39,689 nucleotides of DNA from a virus, in the IMG/VR virus record IMGVR_UViG_3300045988_132498, positions 1 to 39,689 of that record. One strand, given 5' to 3'. Numbering within the stretch: the stretch's first letter is position 1; every line of letters begins with the position of its first letter. The notes below the pieces were generated by a model. That model was not told where the DNA came from, searched no databases, and saw nothing but the letters and a program-made list of their open reading frames with translations. The position numbers were made by a program, and so were the translations under genes. Shown piece by piece: positions 14,088-23,564 of this stretch.

Positions 14088-15065
14088 TTATACCCCTTGT
14101 CCTTTTGGTGCTGGCGGGAGCGTGGTCCATTTGATAGTGATTCGGCCGCTATCCGGGTCGGTGCCGATATCGGAGACGCCCCCCTCGGTGCTGCCCCCGG
14201 TCCATAGGAGGCCGCCGCCGTTGGTGACGAGCCATTGGGCTACATCCGCCGGGAGGGTGACGTCCTGGCCGCCGGGCGCCCACTTGGCGAGAGCTACGGA
14301 GAGGGATGGTCCGGTCGCCGTCGGCTGCTGGACCAGGCTCCCGGCTGTGTGGCAGCGGCCCTGGATGGTGACGGGCATGTTCCCGCCGTCGGCGGTCCGC
14401 TCCCCGAAATGCAGGCTGGCCTCCACGGTGCGGAAGTTGGGAATCGCCTTCAGGGCTGCGAACTGGCCGCCGTACCCCCATGCGCCGGTTGATGCGAATT
14501 TCCCGCCTACGACGATGCGCTCAGTCCACGGGTGGCCGTCAGAGCGGCGCGCGCTCCAGGAGGCAGAGAAAGCCGGGCGGATTACCGCGACGCCGTCGAC
14601 CTGGCCGAGCTGCTGCGCGGGTGCGGGAGGCGGCCCCGCGGTGGGCGTGTCAGGGGCACTGTAGGTGACGGGGCCGACCGTGGTCGGGCGGCCGTCTTGC
14701 CACAGCAGGGACACGACCTGCCCGACACTCGGCGCGCTCCACGAGTGCGTCGCGGACACGGTGCCGAAAGCGGTGCGGACGACGGCCTGGCCGCTGCCGA
14801 TGCTGACGACCGTGCCGGTCGTCGGGCGGGGGGTGTCTGTCACTCGGCCGAGGACGATCGCCGACGACTGGCCTGCCTCGCCCCTGGTGAGGGCCACGAG
14901 GACGCTGTCCCCATAATTTACGGACACAGGGTCGAGCCAGGTCGCGGGTACCTGCACCCCCTCGATCGTCACCGCCGGGCGGCCCTGAGACCAGCCGACG
15001 GTGCCGGTCACGATGCTGGCCCCGCCCTGCTGCCCGATCCCCGCGATCAGCTCGGCCAGGCTCAT
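14088..15065 (-). CDS. Minor tail protein (325 aa)
   Basis: ATG 15065 has an ATGA overlap. Position within the tail-tip block. Confidence 0.6.
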   Translation of the reverse strand: MSLAELIAGIGQQGGASIVTGTVGWSQGRPAVTIEGVQVPATWLDPVSVNYGDSVLVALTRGEAGQSSAIVLGRVTDTPRPTTGTVVSIGSGQAVVRTAFGTVSATHSWSAPSVGQVVSLLWQDGRPTTVGPVTYSAPDTPTAGPPPAPAQQLGQVDGVAVIRPAFSASWSARRSDGHPWTERIVVGGKFASTGAWGYGGQFAALKAIPNFRTVEASLHFGERTADGGNMPVTIQGRCHTAGSLVQQPTATGPSLSVALAKWAPGGQDVTLPADVAQWLVTNGGGLLWTGGSTEGGVSDIGTDPDSGRITIKWTTLPPAPKGQGV

Positions 15066-16237
15066 GATTGCTTGTCCCCGAGGATGACGCTGCGCATTTC
15101 GTTGGCGTCGACGTCGACCTCCAGGGTGGAGGCAGTGACGCCACCCATCGCGTCCCCACCGAGCGTCAGGGACATGACCTGCCCGGTGACGTCGATCGCC
15201 TTGCCTGACCGGGTAGGGACGGTTACCGTCACCCAGTCGTAGAGCTCCAATCCTGGGTGCGGGAGGCACTGCACCTTGAGCCTGGTGGTTTTGGGGCCGG
15301 TCTGATTGGCGAGGCGGGTAGCGGCGGCCCGCTCGGCCGCTAGGGGGGAGTCGATCAGCGGCGAGGAGTAAAATTCCGTCGCATTGCCGAGAGGCCCACC
15401 CCATTTCGCGACACCCCGATCGAGGTATGCGCGCCCAACATACTCACCTTTCCCGCCCTGGGACGTGGCCACGACCGAGTTGTAGACGGTGCCCAGGTCC
15501 ATCGACCGGGACAGGGACACCAGGGCGGCCATGAAATCCCCGCCCTGAATTTTCCAGACAGGGGCGTCCGCGCCCTTTTTCGGGTCGATGAGGTGCATCG
15601 TGCCCTCACCGTCCGTGCGGCGCGCCAGGCCCCCGTGAGACAGGAGGTCATCGATCGCGTCCAGCCTCTCCTTCTCGTAGATTGTCCCGGCCGCCACTTT
15701 CGGCAGTGTGAGGTTCTTCGAGTCGTCCACGAGCGGCACCGTCCCAGCCAGGAGACGGCGCGTCTCCTTGACGACGTCGGAGCGCTCATCGCCCGGGGTC
15801 TTGGCCTGGAGCTTGTCGCGCTGGAGAAGAATTGACGTGTCCTCAACGGCGCAGGTGATGACCCCGCCGGTCGTCAGCCACCGCTCCACACCCCCAGCGC
15901 GAGTGAGCTGCCAGAACTGCTCCGGCTCCGGTTTGGTGACAACCACGACGGCGCGGGGGATACGGCTACCATCCTCGGCGATCCAGGTGAGGCGCAGGCG
16001 CGCCCCCGGCCCCAGGACGTCCCCCAGCACCCACGGCTGGAGCGTGCCATCCTCATCGATAACCTTGATGGTGCCCGAGCACTGGACGGCGCGGGACGCG
16101 TCCCAGGTCAGGGACCAGGACTCCACGCGCAGACCAGCCCGCACGAGATCATCACCCAGGTAGGCGTCCACCTGCACCGACTCGCGGGAGCGGGTGCCGG
16201 TGATCGACTGCCTCGCGGCATCAGTCATGGCGAGCAT
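15062..16237 (-). CDS. Minor tail protein, Tal-like position (391 aa)
   Basis: ATG 16237 preceded by GGAGG. Second gene after the tape measure. Confidence 0.6.
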   Translation of the reverse strand: MLAMTDAARQSITGTRSRESVQVDAYLGDDLVRAGLRVESWSLTWDASRAVQCSGTIKVIDEDGTLQPWVLGDVLGPGARLRLTWIAEDGSRIPRAVVVVTKPEPEQFWQLTRAGGVERWLTTGGVITCAVEDTSILLQRDKLQAKTPGDERSDVVKETRRLLAGTVPLVDDSKNLTLPKVAAGTIYEKERLDAIDDLLSHGGLARRTDGEGTMHLIDPKKGADAPVWKIQGGDFMAALVSLSRSMDLGTVYNSVVATSQGGKGEYVGRAYLDRGVAKWGGPLGNATEFYSSPLIDSPLAAERAAATRLANQTGPKTTRLKVQCLPHPGLELYDWVTVTVPTRSGKAIDVTGQVMSLTLGGDAMGGVTASTLEVDVDANEMRSVILGDKQS

Positions 16238-16239
16238 GG

Positions 16240-17673
16240 TCAGCCTCCAATCTGTAGCGGACGCCTCTTGATGTCCGCGTAGGTCTTGGTTCCCAGGCGG
16301 GACTTGACCGCGTTGTAGGTGGCCCCCGCAGCGAGCTCCTTGGTGCGGTCGTAGGTGGCTCGGACCACCAGGACCGGCAGCGACGGGGGCGCGACCACAC
16401 CCCCGGACAGGTCCCAGCGCGTGATCCCCTCGGCCACCCACTCCACGCCGACGTCGGCAGGCAGGTACCCGCCCCACAGGGTGCCCCGCTGCGGGTCATG
16501 AGGGACGCGCAGGAGCAGGACGCCCGCCTGCTCCACCAGGGCAGCAACCCGGTCAGCCTGCGCCTGGCTCCAGGTCGTGATGATCGCTTTCAGGGACTCA
16601 GGGGCGCTCCTGGCGGCCCCGAGCTGGACCGGCAGCCTCGCCCCCAGGGGCAGGACGGTTTTCCCGCCGACGCCCCACTTGTGGCCAGACAGGGAGCCCG
16701 CCGTCAGCAGGGGTATGTCCTCACGCCCCTGGTCGCCCATATCCAGCTCGATCGCGGATGTCCAGTCGAGGGGGTCGGACAACCACGCCGACGGCGAATC
16801 CAGGCGGATCGTCGAGGAAAAAGACTGCTCCGCAATTTCATTCGTCAGAGTGTAGGTAACCTCGACGCCAATCGGGATTTCATGATCCTCGACGTAATCA
16901 AGATTGGAGATGCGGACGTTTGCACCACCGCGAATTAGGGTCGTGAAACCCCGGACAGTCCTGGTTACCGAATAGCCCGAGCCGTCGCCGTGGACAGCCA
17001 GAGAAACAGCAGGGTGTCCCTCCTGGGCGCTGATATCCTCGATGGCAATATCTTTGCCGGGCAGGACGCCGTAAATCCCGCGGGACTGCGACTTGTATTT
17101 CTCGCCAGTCCATTCGTAGCGCCACCCGACGCCGGAGTGCCCTTCCTCGTAGGATGGGGTGTCGCCGTCGAAATACGAGAGATCGGAAACGTCTTCGCGC
17201 GTCGCCCCCATGGAGCAGAGCACGTTGTCGGCGTAAATCGTACCGACCGGGTTGCCGTGGGATTTGACGCCGACGTAAATGTCGAAGGCGGTAGCATCGC
17301 CGGGAATAGACAGGATTAGCCCGGCCCTGCCAACGGGCGTGACTTTCCCTAGCATGTTTGCGTATCGGACCGTCCGCCCACCCGCGGTGTAGAAACGGAT
17401 CGCGAGCATGGCGACGTCTTGCAGGTTCGCACCCATTGGGGACGTGTCGAAATCCGCGGCGACCGACACCCATTTCTGTTCCGACGCAGCAGGTCCGCCA
17501 AGGTTGATTTTCTCACTAGCGGCCATCTTATCGTAGCCCTTGGCGTCAAGAGCTTTGATTTTCAGGCGCCCGTTCTCGACGGATAGCTCTGATTTCCAAC
17601 CCCACCACCAATGTAAGTCCTTGGTGAAGGAACCGTTTTCGCAGAGGTTGGTCCGCATTTTGGTGTAGCCCAT
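16240..17673 (-). CDS. Minor tail protein, Dit-like position, with N-terminal carbohydrate-binding-like domain (477 aa)
   Basis: ATG 17673 with GAGAGG SD. First gene after the tape measure. The N-terminus CENGSFTKDLHWWWGW...GRLKIK resembles a CBM-type jelly roll. Confidence 0.6.
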   Translation of the reverse strand: MGYTKMRTNLCENGSFTKDLHWWWGWKSELSVENGRLKIKALDAKGYDKMAASEKINLGGPAASEQKWVSVAADFDTSPMGANLQDVAMLAIRFYTAGGRTVRYANMLGKVTPVGRAGLILSIPGDATAFDIYVGVKSHGNPVGTIYADNVLCSMGATREDVSDLSYFDGDTPSYEEGHSGVGWRYEWTGEKYKSQSRGIYGVLPGKDIAIEDISAQEGHPAVSLAVHGDGSGYSVTRTVRGFTTLIRGGANVRISNLDYVEDHEIPIGVEVTYTLTNEIAEQSFSSTIRLDSPSAWLSDPLDWTSAIELDMGDQGREDIPLLTAGSLSGHKWGVGGKTVLPLGARLPVQLGAARSAPESLKAIITTWSQAQADRVAALVEQAGVLLLRVPHDPQRGTLWGGYLPADVGVEWVAEGITRWDLSGGVVAPPSLPVLVVRATYDRTKELAAGATYNAVKSRLGTKTYADIKRRPLQIGG

Positions 17674-17692
17674 AGTCGCCTCTCGGAATAGG

Positions 17693-17725
17693 GGGCGGGG
17701 ATCGCTGGTGTGGCGATCCCCGCCC
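17693..17725 (-). promoter_or_regulatory. Intercistronic perfect hairpin after tape-measure gene
   Basis: GGGCGGGGATCGC (17693-17705) pairs with GCGATCCCCGCCC (17713-17725): 13-bp stem, 7-nt loop, no U-tract. Confidence 0.6.
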
Positions 17726-17727
17726 GG

Positions 17728-20700
17728 TTAGCGGATGCGACGGCCGGACAGGTCCGACGCGACGCGATCTACCGCGCGCCCGGCCTCCACCTGCATCCGG
17801 CCGATCAGGACGCCGTCAACGTCCCTCACCTCAAGCACATCCGGCACGCCGGAATTCCCCTTGGATAGGAGGTCGTCGATCTTGTCCCACTGGCCACCCG
17901 TGAAAACCGGCTCCGGCTTACCCGTAGCATTCAGCACAGTTGTCAGCCCCGGCTGTAAAAGGCCGCCGGAATCGAATTTGTAGAGGCCCGTCGACGGCGC
18001 GCCCCATATGCCGGTCTCGCGAACAGAAAGCCCCGGGCGCGGGGCCTCAACCATCATGCCATTACCGGACGCAATGGCAATGTGATAAGCCGGGTGCCCC
18101 CAGAAAAGCAGCGTCCCCGGCGCATTGATCGACCCGCCCGGAGTAGCCCCCGACTGGTACCCCGCCGCCGTCAGACGCGGGATACTCGACCCCATCTGAT
18201 GGGCCGCCCAGTACACGAGACCAGAGCAGTCCAGGCCTGGGGGAATCGACGAGCCACCCCACACGTAGGGGACGCCAATCGCCATACGCGCTGCGTTCAC
18301 GATATCCGTGGCAGACCCGGTAACAGGCATCGCGGCGGTATTGGATTTCAGCCACTCCCCGAAACCGTCGACCCATTTCCCGGGCAGGGCCATCGCCATG
18401 TCCTTGAAGAATGCTGACCCGGGAATACCCTTGAGGGCTGCATTCATCGGAATGCGCAGCAGATTCTCGACCGCCCCGAGTGGATCGGAAATGATCGAGG
18501 AAACCGCGTCCGCGGCCGTGGCAATCCAATTGCTGGCGGTCTGAACGCCTGCGCCGACGGTGCTCTTGAGCTTGTCCCAGATACCGCCGTCGGCGAATGC
18601 GGCGAATCCGACGCCCCTGTCTCCGCCGGGGACTCGGTCTCCCGCGCCGCCGCGGGCGGCGGCGTTCATCCGGTGGACCGCTGCGGGGCCGCCTACGGCG
18701 CGCACCCACTCGGGCCGCATGATCGCCTCGCCCCCGGAGAGGGCGATAGCTCCGCCGCCGTCGGGGCTGTAGAAGTGGTAGATGTCGCGCCCCGGGCTGT
18801 AGCCGGGGAGGACGCCACCACTGGCGTAGCCGGGGATCGGACTGACATCCGGTAGGCGCAGGGACAGGCCGAGCTTTTCCGCGATACTGTCAGCAGTTTT
18901 CTTGATGCCGTCTTTATAGACGGTGTTAATCAAGAAATTGATGGGTTTTGCGGCTACGGATTTAACCCCGTCCCAAACGGTTTGGATGCCGCTCTTCATA
19001 TTGTCGAACGCGGTTTTGATATTCGTTGTGACCGTGTCGAAAATAGGTTTGAGCGTATCCCGGAACCAGGACGCCACTGTATTGATGGTGTCCTTGATAC
19101 CATTCCACACTGTCTGTAGGCCGCTCCACAGAAGGTCGGCCCCAGCCTTGATCCCGTCCCATACGGCCGTGATGACGGGCTGCACGTAGGTCTGGAACCA
19201 GCCGACCACTGTTTGGATGGCCGACTGGATGCCGTTCCAGATGGTGACGATCCCATTCCAGAGGAATTGAGCGCCGACCTGGATTCCGGTCCACACAGCC
19301 GAAATGACGGGCTGCACATAGGCTGTGAAGAAATCCGCGACCGTCCGGACCGCCGACTGGATACCGTTCCAGACCGCGACAAGCCCAGCCCACAAGAACT
19401 GCGCCCCCACCTGGATACCAACCCAGACCGCAGACAGGACCGGTGACACGTAGGCGTTGAACCAGTCGACGACGACGCCGACTGCGGATTTCAGGCCGTC
19501 CCAGACCGTCTGCACCCCGGTCCATAGCCACTGCGCCCCGGCGACGATACCGGACCACACAGTCGACAAGACAGGGGCCACATAGGTCATAAACCAATCG
19601 ACGACGAGCAGAACGGACGCGCGGATGAGCGACCATACGATGATGAACGGAATTGACAGCGCCCAGATGCCGATTTTGATGCCGGTCCACACGGCCTCGA
19701 AAGCCGGGACGACATAGGACGTAAACCAATCGGCCACCGTCTGCACGGCCGACTGGATTCCAGACCATACGCTGGTCACGATCCACACCAGACCGCTCCA
19801 GAGGCCCCCCAGGATGCTCACGGCGCCCGTGATAGCGGGGACCACATAGGAGGTGAAAAACCCGGACACGGCGGACCAAATCTGATTCCAGACGGCCCCC
19901 AGAACCGTCAGCGTCGCATTCCAATAGGGGGCAATCCAGTCGAGGAATTTCTGGAACTCGGCCGTGATCGCAGCCCACGCCGCTTTGCCCATTTCCGTCT
20001 GGGTGAAGAACCATGCGAGGCCCGCAACAAGAGTGGCAATAGCGGTGACTACAAGAATGATCGGGTTGGCGTTCATCACCACATTGAAAGCCGCTTGTGC
20101 GATTTTCGCCAGGTCCGTCGCCCGCTTGAACGCCTCCATCCCGGTAACGAACGACAAAATCGCGCTCGCAGACCCCCCTAAGGCGGAAATCGCCATGACA
20201 GCCTGCATTCCCTTGAATGCTACGACCGCAGTCCCAACCGTGACCGCAAGACCACCGAGAAGAGTTTTGTTGTCAACGATCCAGGCGCTCAGTTTCAGGC
20301 CCGCGTCGACAACCCAGCCGACCGCGTCGCGCAGCCCCTCCAGGAAGCTCACGATCGCCGAATCGGGCTTGAGACCGAAAATCGGCTTGTCCGTGTCTCC
20401 TGTGAAAATGATTGACGCTATACCCTGAATTGCGGGCAAAAGCGTATTGTTGATCCAGCTCCCAGCCTCGATAGCGCCATCCCGGATGCGGAACAGCCAA
20501 TCAACTACAGCTGAATCCTCCTCAAGGCCGAACAGGGTGCTAGGCCCTTGATAGTCGCCCTGGAAAAGAATGCTGGCGACGCCCTGGATTCCGGGAATAA
20601 GCGTGCCGGTAATCCAGTCCCCGGCCGCCCTAGCGGACTCCCCAATCTTGAAAAGGAAATCGACAATCCCGGAATCCTCCTCGAGGCCGAAGAGTTTAGA

Positions 20701-21636
20701 GGAGCCGTCGAATTGGCCTTTAGCGAGGATACCCCATACGCCCTGAATACCAGGGATGAGATTGTCGTTAATCCACCCGAAAGCCTTCTCGGCCCCAGTG
20801 GCGACATTCCCCATGAAATCGGTAAGGGCGGGCTTGATCTTGTCGACGATACCCATCGCACCAGAGACGAGGGCGGCCTCGAGGTTGCCCCATGCGCCCT
20901 CGATCGTCGCCGTCGACGTCGCCGCTTCCTTGGCGACGTCGGTCATGCCGAGGTCCATCACCGCCGAGTTGAATTCTTCGGCGGTGATCTGCCCCTTCTC
21001 CATCGCCTCACGGAAATTACCCGTGTAGGCTCCGGCCTCAAGAAGGGCCTGCTGGAGTTTCCCGGACGCGCCCGGGACGGCGTCAGCGAGCTGGTTGAAA
21101 TTCTCGGTTGTGAGCTTGCCTTGCCCGGCGGTCTGGGTGAGCACCATGCCAACGGATTTGAAAGTTTCCGCATTGCCGCCAGCGACAGCGTTCAGGTTAC
21201 CGGCAGCCTCAGCGAGCTTGTCATATCCGGCGACATTATTCGACGCCAGCTGCGCGGTAATGCTCTGGATATCGGACAGGCCGTAGACGGTCTTATCCGC
21301 ATAGTCTTTAGTGCTCTTGGTGAGCCGTTCAATATCGTCCGCGGATTTCCCCGCGAACCCAAGAGTATTCTTGAATTTGTTGGTCGCGTCGGAGGCGGTG
21401 ATTGCCTGAGTCGCGATATCGGCGAAACCGGTCGCGAGGCCGACGGTTCCAGCGACGGCGAGCGCCCCGGACGCAATCTTCCCGACCTTCTGGAAAGCCC
21501 CACCCAGGCCGGAGACGATGCTATTCTCAGCCTTGCTGGTGTTAACCTTATTGAGTTGTCCCTCGACCTCGCGGGTGAGGTTGGAGCCGGAGATAGCGAC
21601 CTGAATCCAGGCAGTGCCAATGTTGTAGCCAGCCAA
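17728..21636 (-). CDS. Tape measure protein (1302 aa) with C-terminal NlpC/P60 endopeptidase domain
   Basis: TTG start at 21636 with GAGGAGG SD. Two internal repeat families. IGVPYVWGGSS...GLDCSGLVYWA...HIAIASGNGMMVEAP is an NlpC/P60 Cys-His core. Confidence 0.9.
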   Translation of the reverse strand: MAGYNIGTAWIQVAISGSNLTREVEGQLNKVNTSKAENSIVSGLGGAFQKVGKIASGALAVAGTVGLATGFADIATQAITASDATNKFKNTLGFAGKSADDIERLTKSTKDYADKTVYGLSDIQSITAQLASNNVAGYDKLAEAAGNLNAVAGGNAETFKSVGMVLTQTAGQGKLTTENFNQLADAVPGASGKLQQALLEAGAYTGNFREAMEKGQITAEEFNSAVMDLGMTDVAKEAATSTATIEGAWGNLEAALVSGAMGIVDKIKPALTDFMGNVATGAEKAFGWINDNLIPGIQGVWGILAKGQFDGSSKLFGLEEDSGIVDFLFKIGESARAAGDWITGTLIPGIQGVASILFQGDYQGPSTLFGLEEDSAVVDWLFRIRDGAIEAGSWINNTLLPAIQGIASIIFTGDTDKPIFGLKPDSAIVSFLEGLRDAVGWVVDAGLKLSAWIVDNKTLLGGLAVTVGTAVVAFKGMQAVMAISALGGSASAILSFVTGMEAFKRATDLAKIAQAAFNVVMNANPIILVVTAIATLVAGLAWFFTQTEMGKAAWAAITAEFQKFLDWIAPYWNATLTVLGAVWNQIWSAVSGFFTSYVVPAITGAVSILGGLWSGLVWIVTSVWSGIQSAVQTVADWFTSYVVPAFEAVWTGIKIGIWALSIPFIIVWSLIRASVLLVVDWFMTYVAPVLSTVWSGIVAGAQWLWTGVQTVWDGLKSAVGVVVDWFNAYVSPVLSAVWVGIQVGAQFLWAGLVAVWNGIQSAVRTVADFFTAYVQPVISAVWTGIQVGAQFLWNGIVTIWNGIQSAIQTVVGWFQTYVQPVITAVWDGIKAGADLLWSGLQTVWNGIKDTINTVASWFRDTLKPIFDTVTTNIKTAFDNMKSGIQTVWDGVKSVAAKPINFLINTVYKDGIKKTADSIAEKLGLSLRLPDVSPIPGYASGGVLPGYSPGRDIYHFYSPDGGGAIALSGGEAIMRPEWVRAVGGPAAVHRMNAAARGGAGDRVPGGDRGVGFAAFADGGIWDKLKSTVGAGVQTASNWIATAADAVSSIISDPLGAVENLLRIPMNAALKGIPGSAFFKDMAMALPGKWVDGFGEWLKSNTAAMPVTGSATDIVNAARMAIGVPYVWGGSSIPPGLDCSGLVYWAAHQMGSSIPRLTAAGYQSGATPGGSINAPGTLLFWGHPAYHIAIASGNGMMVEAPRPGLSVRETGIWGAPSTGLYKFDSGGLLQPGLTTVLNATGKPEPVFTGGQWDKIDDLLSKGNSGVPDVLEVRDVDGVLIGRMQVEAGRAVDRVASDLSGRRIR

Positions 21637-21658
21637 TCCAGGTCCTCCTCTATATGCT

Positions 21659-21693
21659 GGGAGGCCCCACAGCGGCGTGCTATGGGGCCTCCC
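21659..21693 (-). promoter_or_regulatory. Intercistronic hairpin between chaperone and tape-measure genes
   Basis: GGGAGGCCCCA (21659-21669) pairs with TGGGGCCTCCC (21683-21693): 11-bp perfect stem. Confidence 0.55.
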
Positions 21694-21702
21694 TCGTGTT
21701 GG

Positions 21703-22463
21703 TTATGCGCTGGCTTGGGCGGCCAGTTCTGGGTGCCTGGCGAGCCAGCGGCGCGCTTTGGCGTCCTGCCGCTCCTGCGCCTCGCGGGCCTTCTGCTGCC
21801 AGCCAGGTTCGGGCGGCTCGGGCGGTTTCGGCAGGTCGCTCTTTTTCGCTCCGACGGCGGAGGCGATGTAGCAGCAGATTTGCCAGGCAGCCATGCGTAT
21901 CGCCGTGACCTCGTCGGAGAGGGCGACGTCCCCGCCCATAGCCCTACCCAGGGCGCTGCCGGGCGGGAGCCCCCGGATGAGGACCAGCAGTCTGCGAGGC
22001 GTCAGCCTGCCGCGCCACAGGTCCAGGAGGTCGACCCCATACTCGCGGAGTAGGTCTGCCTCGATCTCCTCCCCATGCTCCCGCAGGAGCCCGGGGAGGG
22101 CCGTCAGTTTCCCAAGTTCAGGACCTCGAAAACCTTCCCCAGGAATTCACCCATCGCGTCGGCCGAGACGCGGCCGTCGTCGCCGCGGACGTGGTTTTTC
22201 ACGGTGTCGTAGGCGTCGCCCAGGAGCGCCTTGGTGACGCGCATCATCGCCGCGGGTGAGGCGCTGCCGTCCTCCATGGCGGCCAGCGCCTCGATCACCT
22301 CCCAGTCGGACTGGAAAGTGGACGGGTCGACCTCGATGGTCAGGCCGTCGACGGTCACCTCCACGATGCCGCCGCCCTTGGCCTCAGCCTCCTGGAAGTC
22401 CTTCGGGGTCGCGGCCCCGATCTCGGCGGCGCGCTTCCCGGTCTCACTGGTCTTCCTAGTCAT
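21703..22463 (-). CDS. Tail assembly chaperone G-T fusion made by -1 frameshift
   Basis: The -1 frame is open from 22146 to 21703. It encodes ...EADLLREYGVDLLDLWRGRLTPRRLLVLIRGLPPGSALGRA..., typical of gpT-type extensions. A slip site lies just before the G stop. Confidence 0.7.
22104..22463 (-). CDS. Tail assembly chaperone G (119 aa)
   Basis: ATG 22463 with GAAAGGGAC SD. Position between the major tail and tape-measure genes. Confidence 0.75.
   Translation of the reverse strand: MTRKTSETGKRAAEIGAATPKDFQEAEAKGGGIVEVTVDGLTIEVDPSTFQSDWEVIEALAAMEDGSASPAAMMRVTKALLGDAYDTVKNHVRGDDGRVSADAMGEFLGKVFEVLNLGN
22107..22113 (-). promoter_or_regulatory. Slippery heptamer G GGA AAC for -1 programmed frameshift
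   Basis: Minus strand reads ...AAC TTG GGA AAC TGA. This is an X XXY YYZ pattern in the zero frame, immediately before the stop. Confidence 0.7.
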
Positions 22464-22506
22464 GTCGGTCCCTTTCAGGTGGTTGGCGGTCCCATAGGTG
22501 TGGTGA

Positions 22507-22549
22507 CCCTGCCCCGGCGCAGGGACCGACCATCCGCGCCGGGGCAGGG
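22507..22549 (-). promoter_or_regulatory. Hairpin downstream of major tail gene
   Basis: CCCTGCCCCGGCGC (22507-22520) pairs with GCGCCGGGGCAGGG (22536-22549): 14-bp perfect stem, 15-nt loop. Confidence 0.6.
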
Positions 22550-22563
22550 GGCTAGAGCGGCCG

Positions 22564-23166
22564 TCAGGCCGGGATCAGCGACTTCGCGTTGGAGTAGATG
22601 ACGTAGTCACCCAGGACGCTCAGCTTGTAGGACCAGGCCGTCAGCTCGCCGACCTTGAAAGCGACTTCGCCGCGCTCACCGAGTTCCAGGCGGGGGAAGA
22701 CGATCCGCATGCGGGTACGGGTGTCCCCGGTGGAGGCGGTGTCGAAGACGTCGAGCACGCCGGACAGGACGGTCACCGTGCGCTGGGCCTTCGCCGTCAT
22801 CTTCACGACGTCGGTCTTCTGAGGCCCGGCACCGATCTGCTCCTGAATTTTCTCGGCCTTGGCGTTCAGGAAGCGGGTCACGATGTTCAGCTTAGACTCC
22901 AGGAGGGCGGCCTCCAGGCCAGTCTCCGAGGAGTCCATGAACGTGCGGACGACACCATGGCCTTGGTGTCCTTTGATTTTTGTCACGCTGTCGTCCATCG
23001 TCAGCTTGACGCCGTCGTCGGACAGCCAGCCGCAGTCCTCCAGGGCGGCGGGGACAGCGGTGGTGAGGCCCTGAATTTTGGTGGCCAACTGGGGGTCATA
23101 GGCGCCCAGGAAAAGGCTGTCGTCATCCGACCCGAAGCCCAGGACGTTGTCGGCATTCGCTGCCAT
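22564..23166 (-). CDS. Major tail protein (200 aa)
   Basis: ATG 23166 with AAGGAGAA SD. Position directly upstream of the G/G-T chaperones. Confidence 0.7.
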   Translation of the reverse strand: MAANADNVLGFGSDDDSLFLGAYDPQLATKIQGLTTAVPAALEDCGWLSDDGVKLTMDDSVTKIKGHQGHGVVRTFMDSSETGLEAALLESKLNIVTRFLNAKAEKIQEQIGAGPQKTDVVKMTAKAQRTVTVLSGVLDVFDTASTGDTRTRMRIVFPRLELGERGEVAFKVGELTAWSYKLSVLGDYVIYSNAKSLIPA

Positions 23167-23177
23167 TGGTGTTCTCC

Positions 23178-23564
23178 TTACGGTTGGTTCCGTGTGGTGA
23201 TCTGGTAGGTGGCCGTCGCGCGGGCGGCCGTGATGGTCGGGTCGGGCGACTCTGCTGGGGCGTTCCCCGTGACCTTCGTGACCGGCCAGTCGTGACCGGC
23301 CACGAGGGCGTTTATTACGGCGTCAACACGAAGGGCCAGGCGCATTGCCTGGCCCGTAGTGGGAGCGAAGGAATCGATGGTGACCTGACCGGTGGAGAGC
23401 ACCCGGTGGTGCTGGCCCTGACCGCCCGTGGCGATCACCAGGACCAGCGGGTCCGGCGGGTCCCCGTTCGCGTAGGGGACGGTGGAGACGACCTCCGTGC
23501 TCGGCAGGGCCGCCGCGAGGGCAGCCATCACCAGGGCCTTCGTGTCCCGAGACGTCCCAGCCAT
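23178..23564 (-). CDS. Tail terminator / tail completion protein candidate (128 aa)
   Basis: ATGA coupling at 23564. Called from synteny between the neck proteins and the major tail protein. Confidence 0.45.
   Translation of the reverse strand: MAGTSRDTKALVMAALAAALPSTEVVSTVPYANGDPPDPLVLVIATGGQGQHHRVLSTGQVTIDSFAPTTGQAMRLALRVDAVINALVAGHDWPVTKVTGNAPAESPDPTITAARATATYQITTRNQP

Noticed and set aside
15424-15450. GTATG-N9-CATAC resembling the P1/P2 operator, inside a tail gene.
   Set aside because: The spacer is longer, there is no TACACT or -35, and the site is on the antisense strand of a coding region. It is most likely chance.
20548-22053. 501-aa plus-strand ORF. Similar long antisense ORFs occur at 204..1079, 9010..9894, 24894..25859, 27117..28421 and 29111..30355.
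   Set aside because: They lie antisense to well-supported genes (tape measure, integrase, capsid, portal, terminase). Their translations are Gly/Arg/Pro/Asp-rich low-complexity sequence without SDs. These are typical shadow ORFs of G+C-rich DNA.
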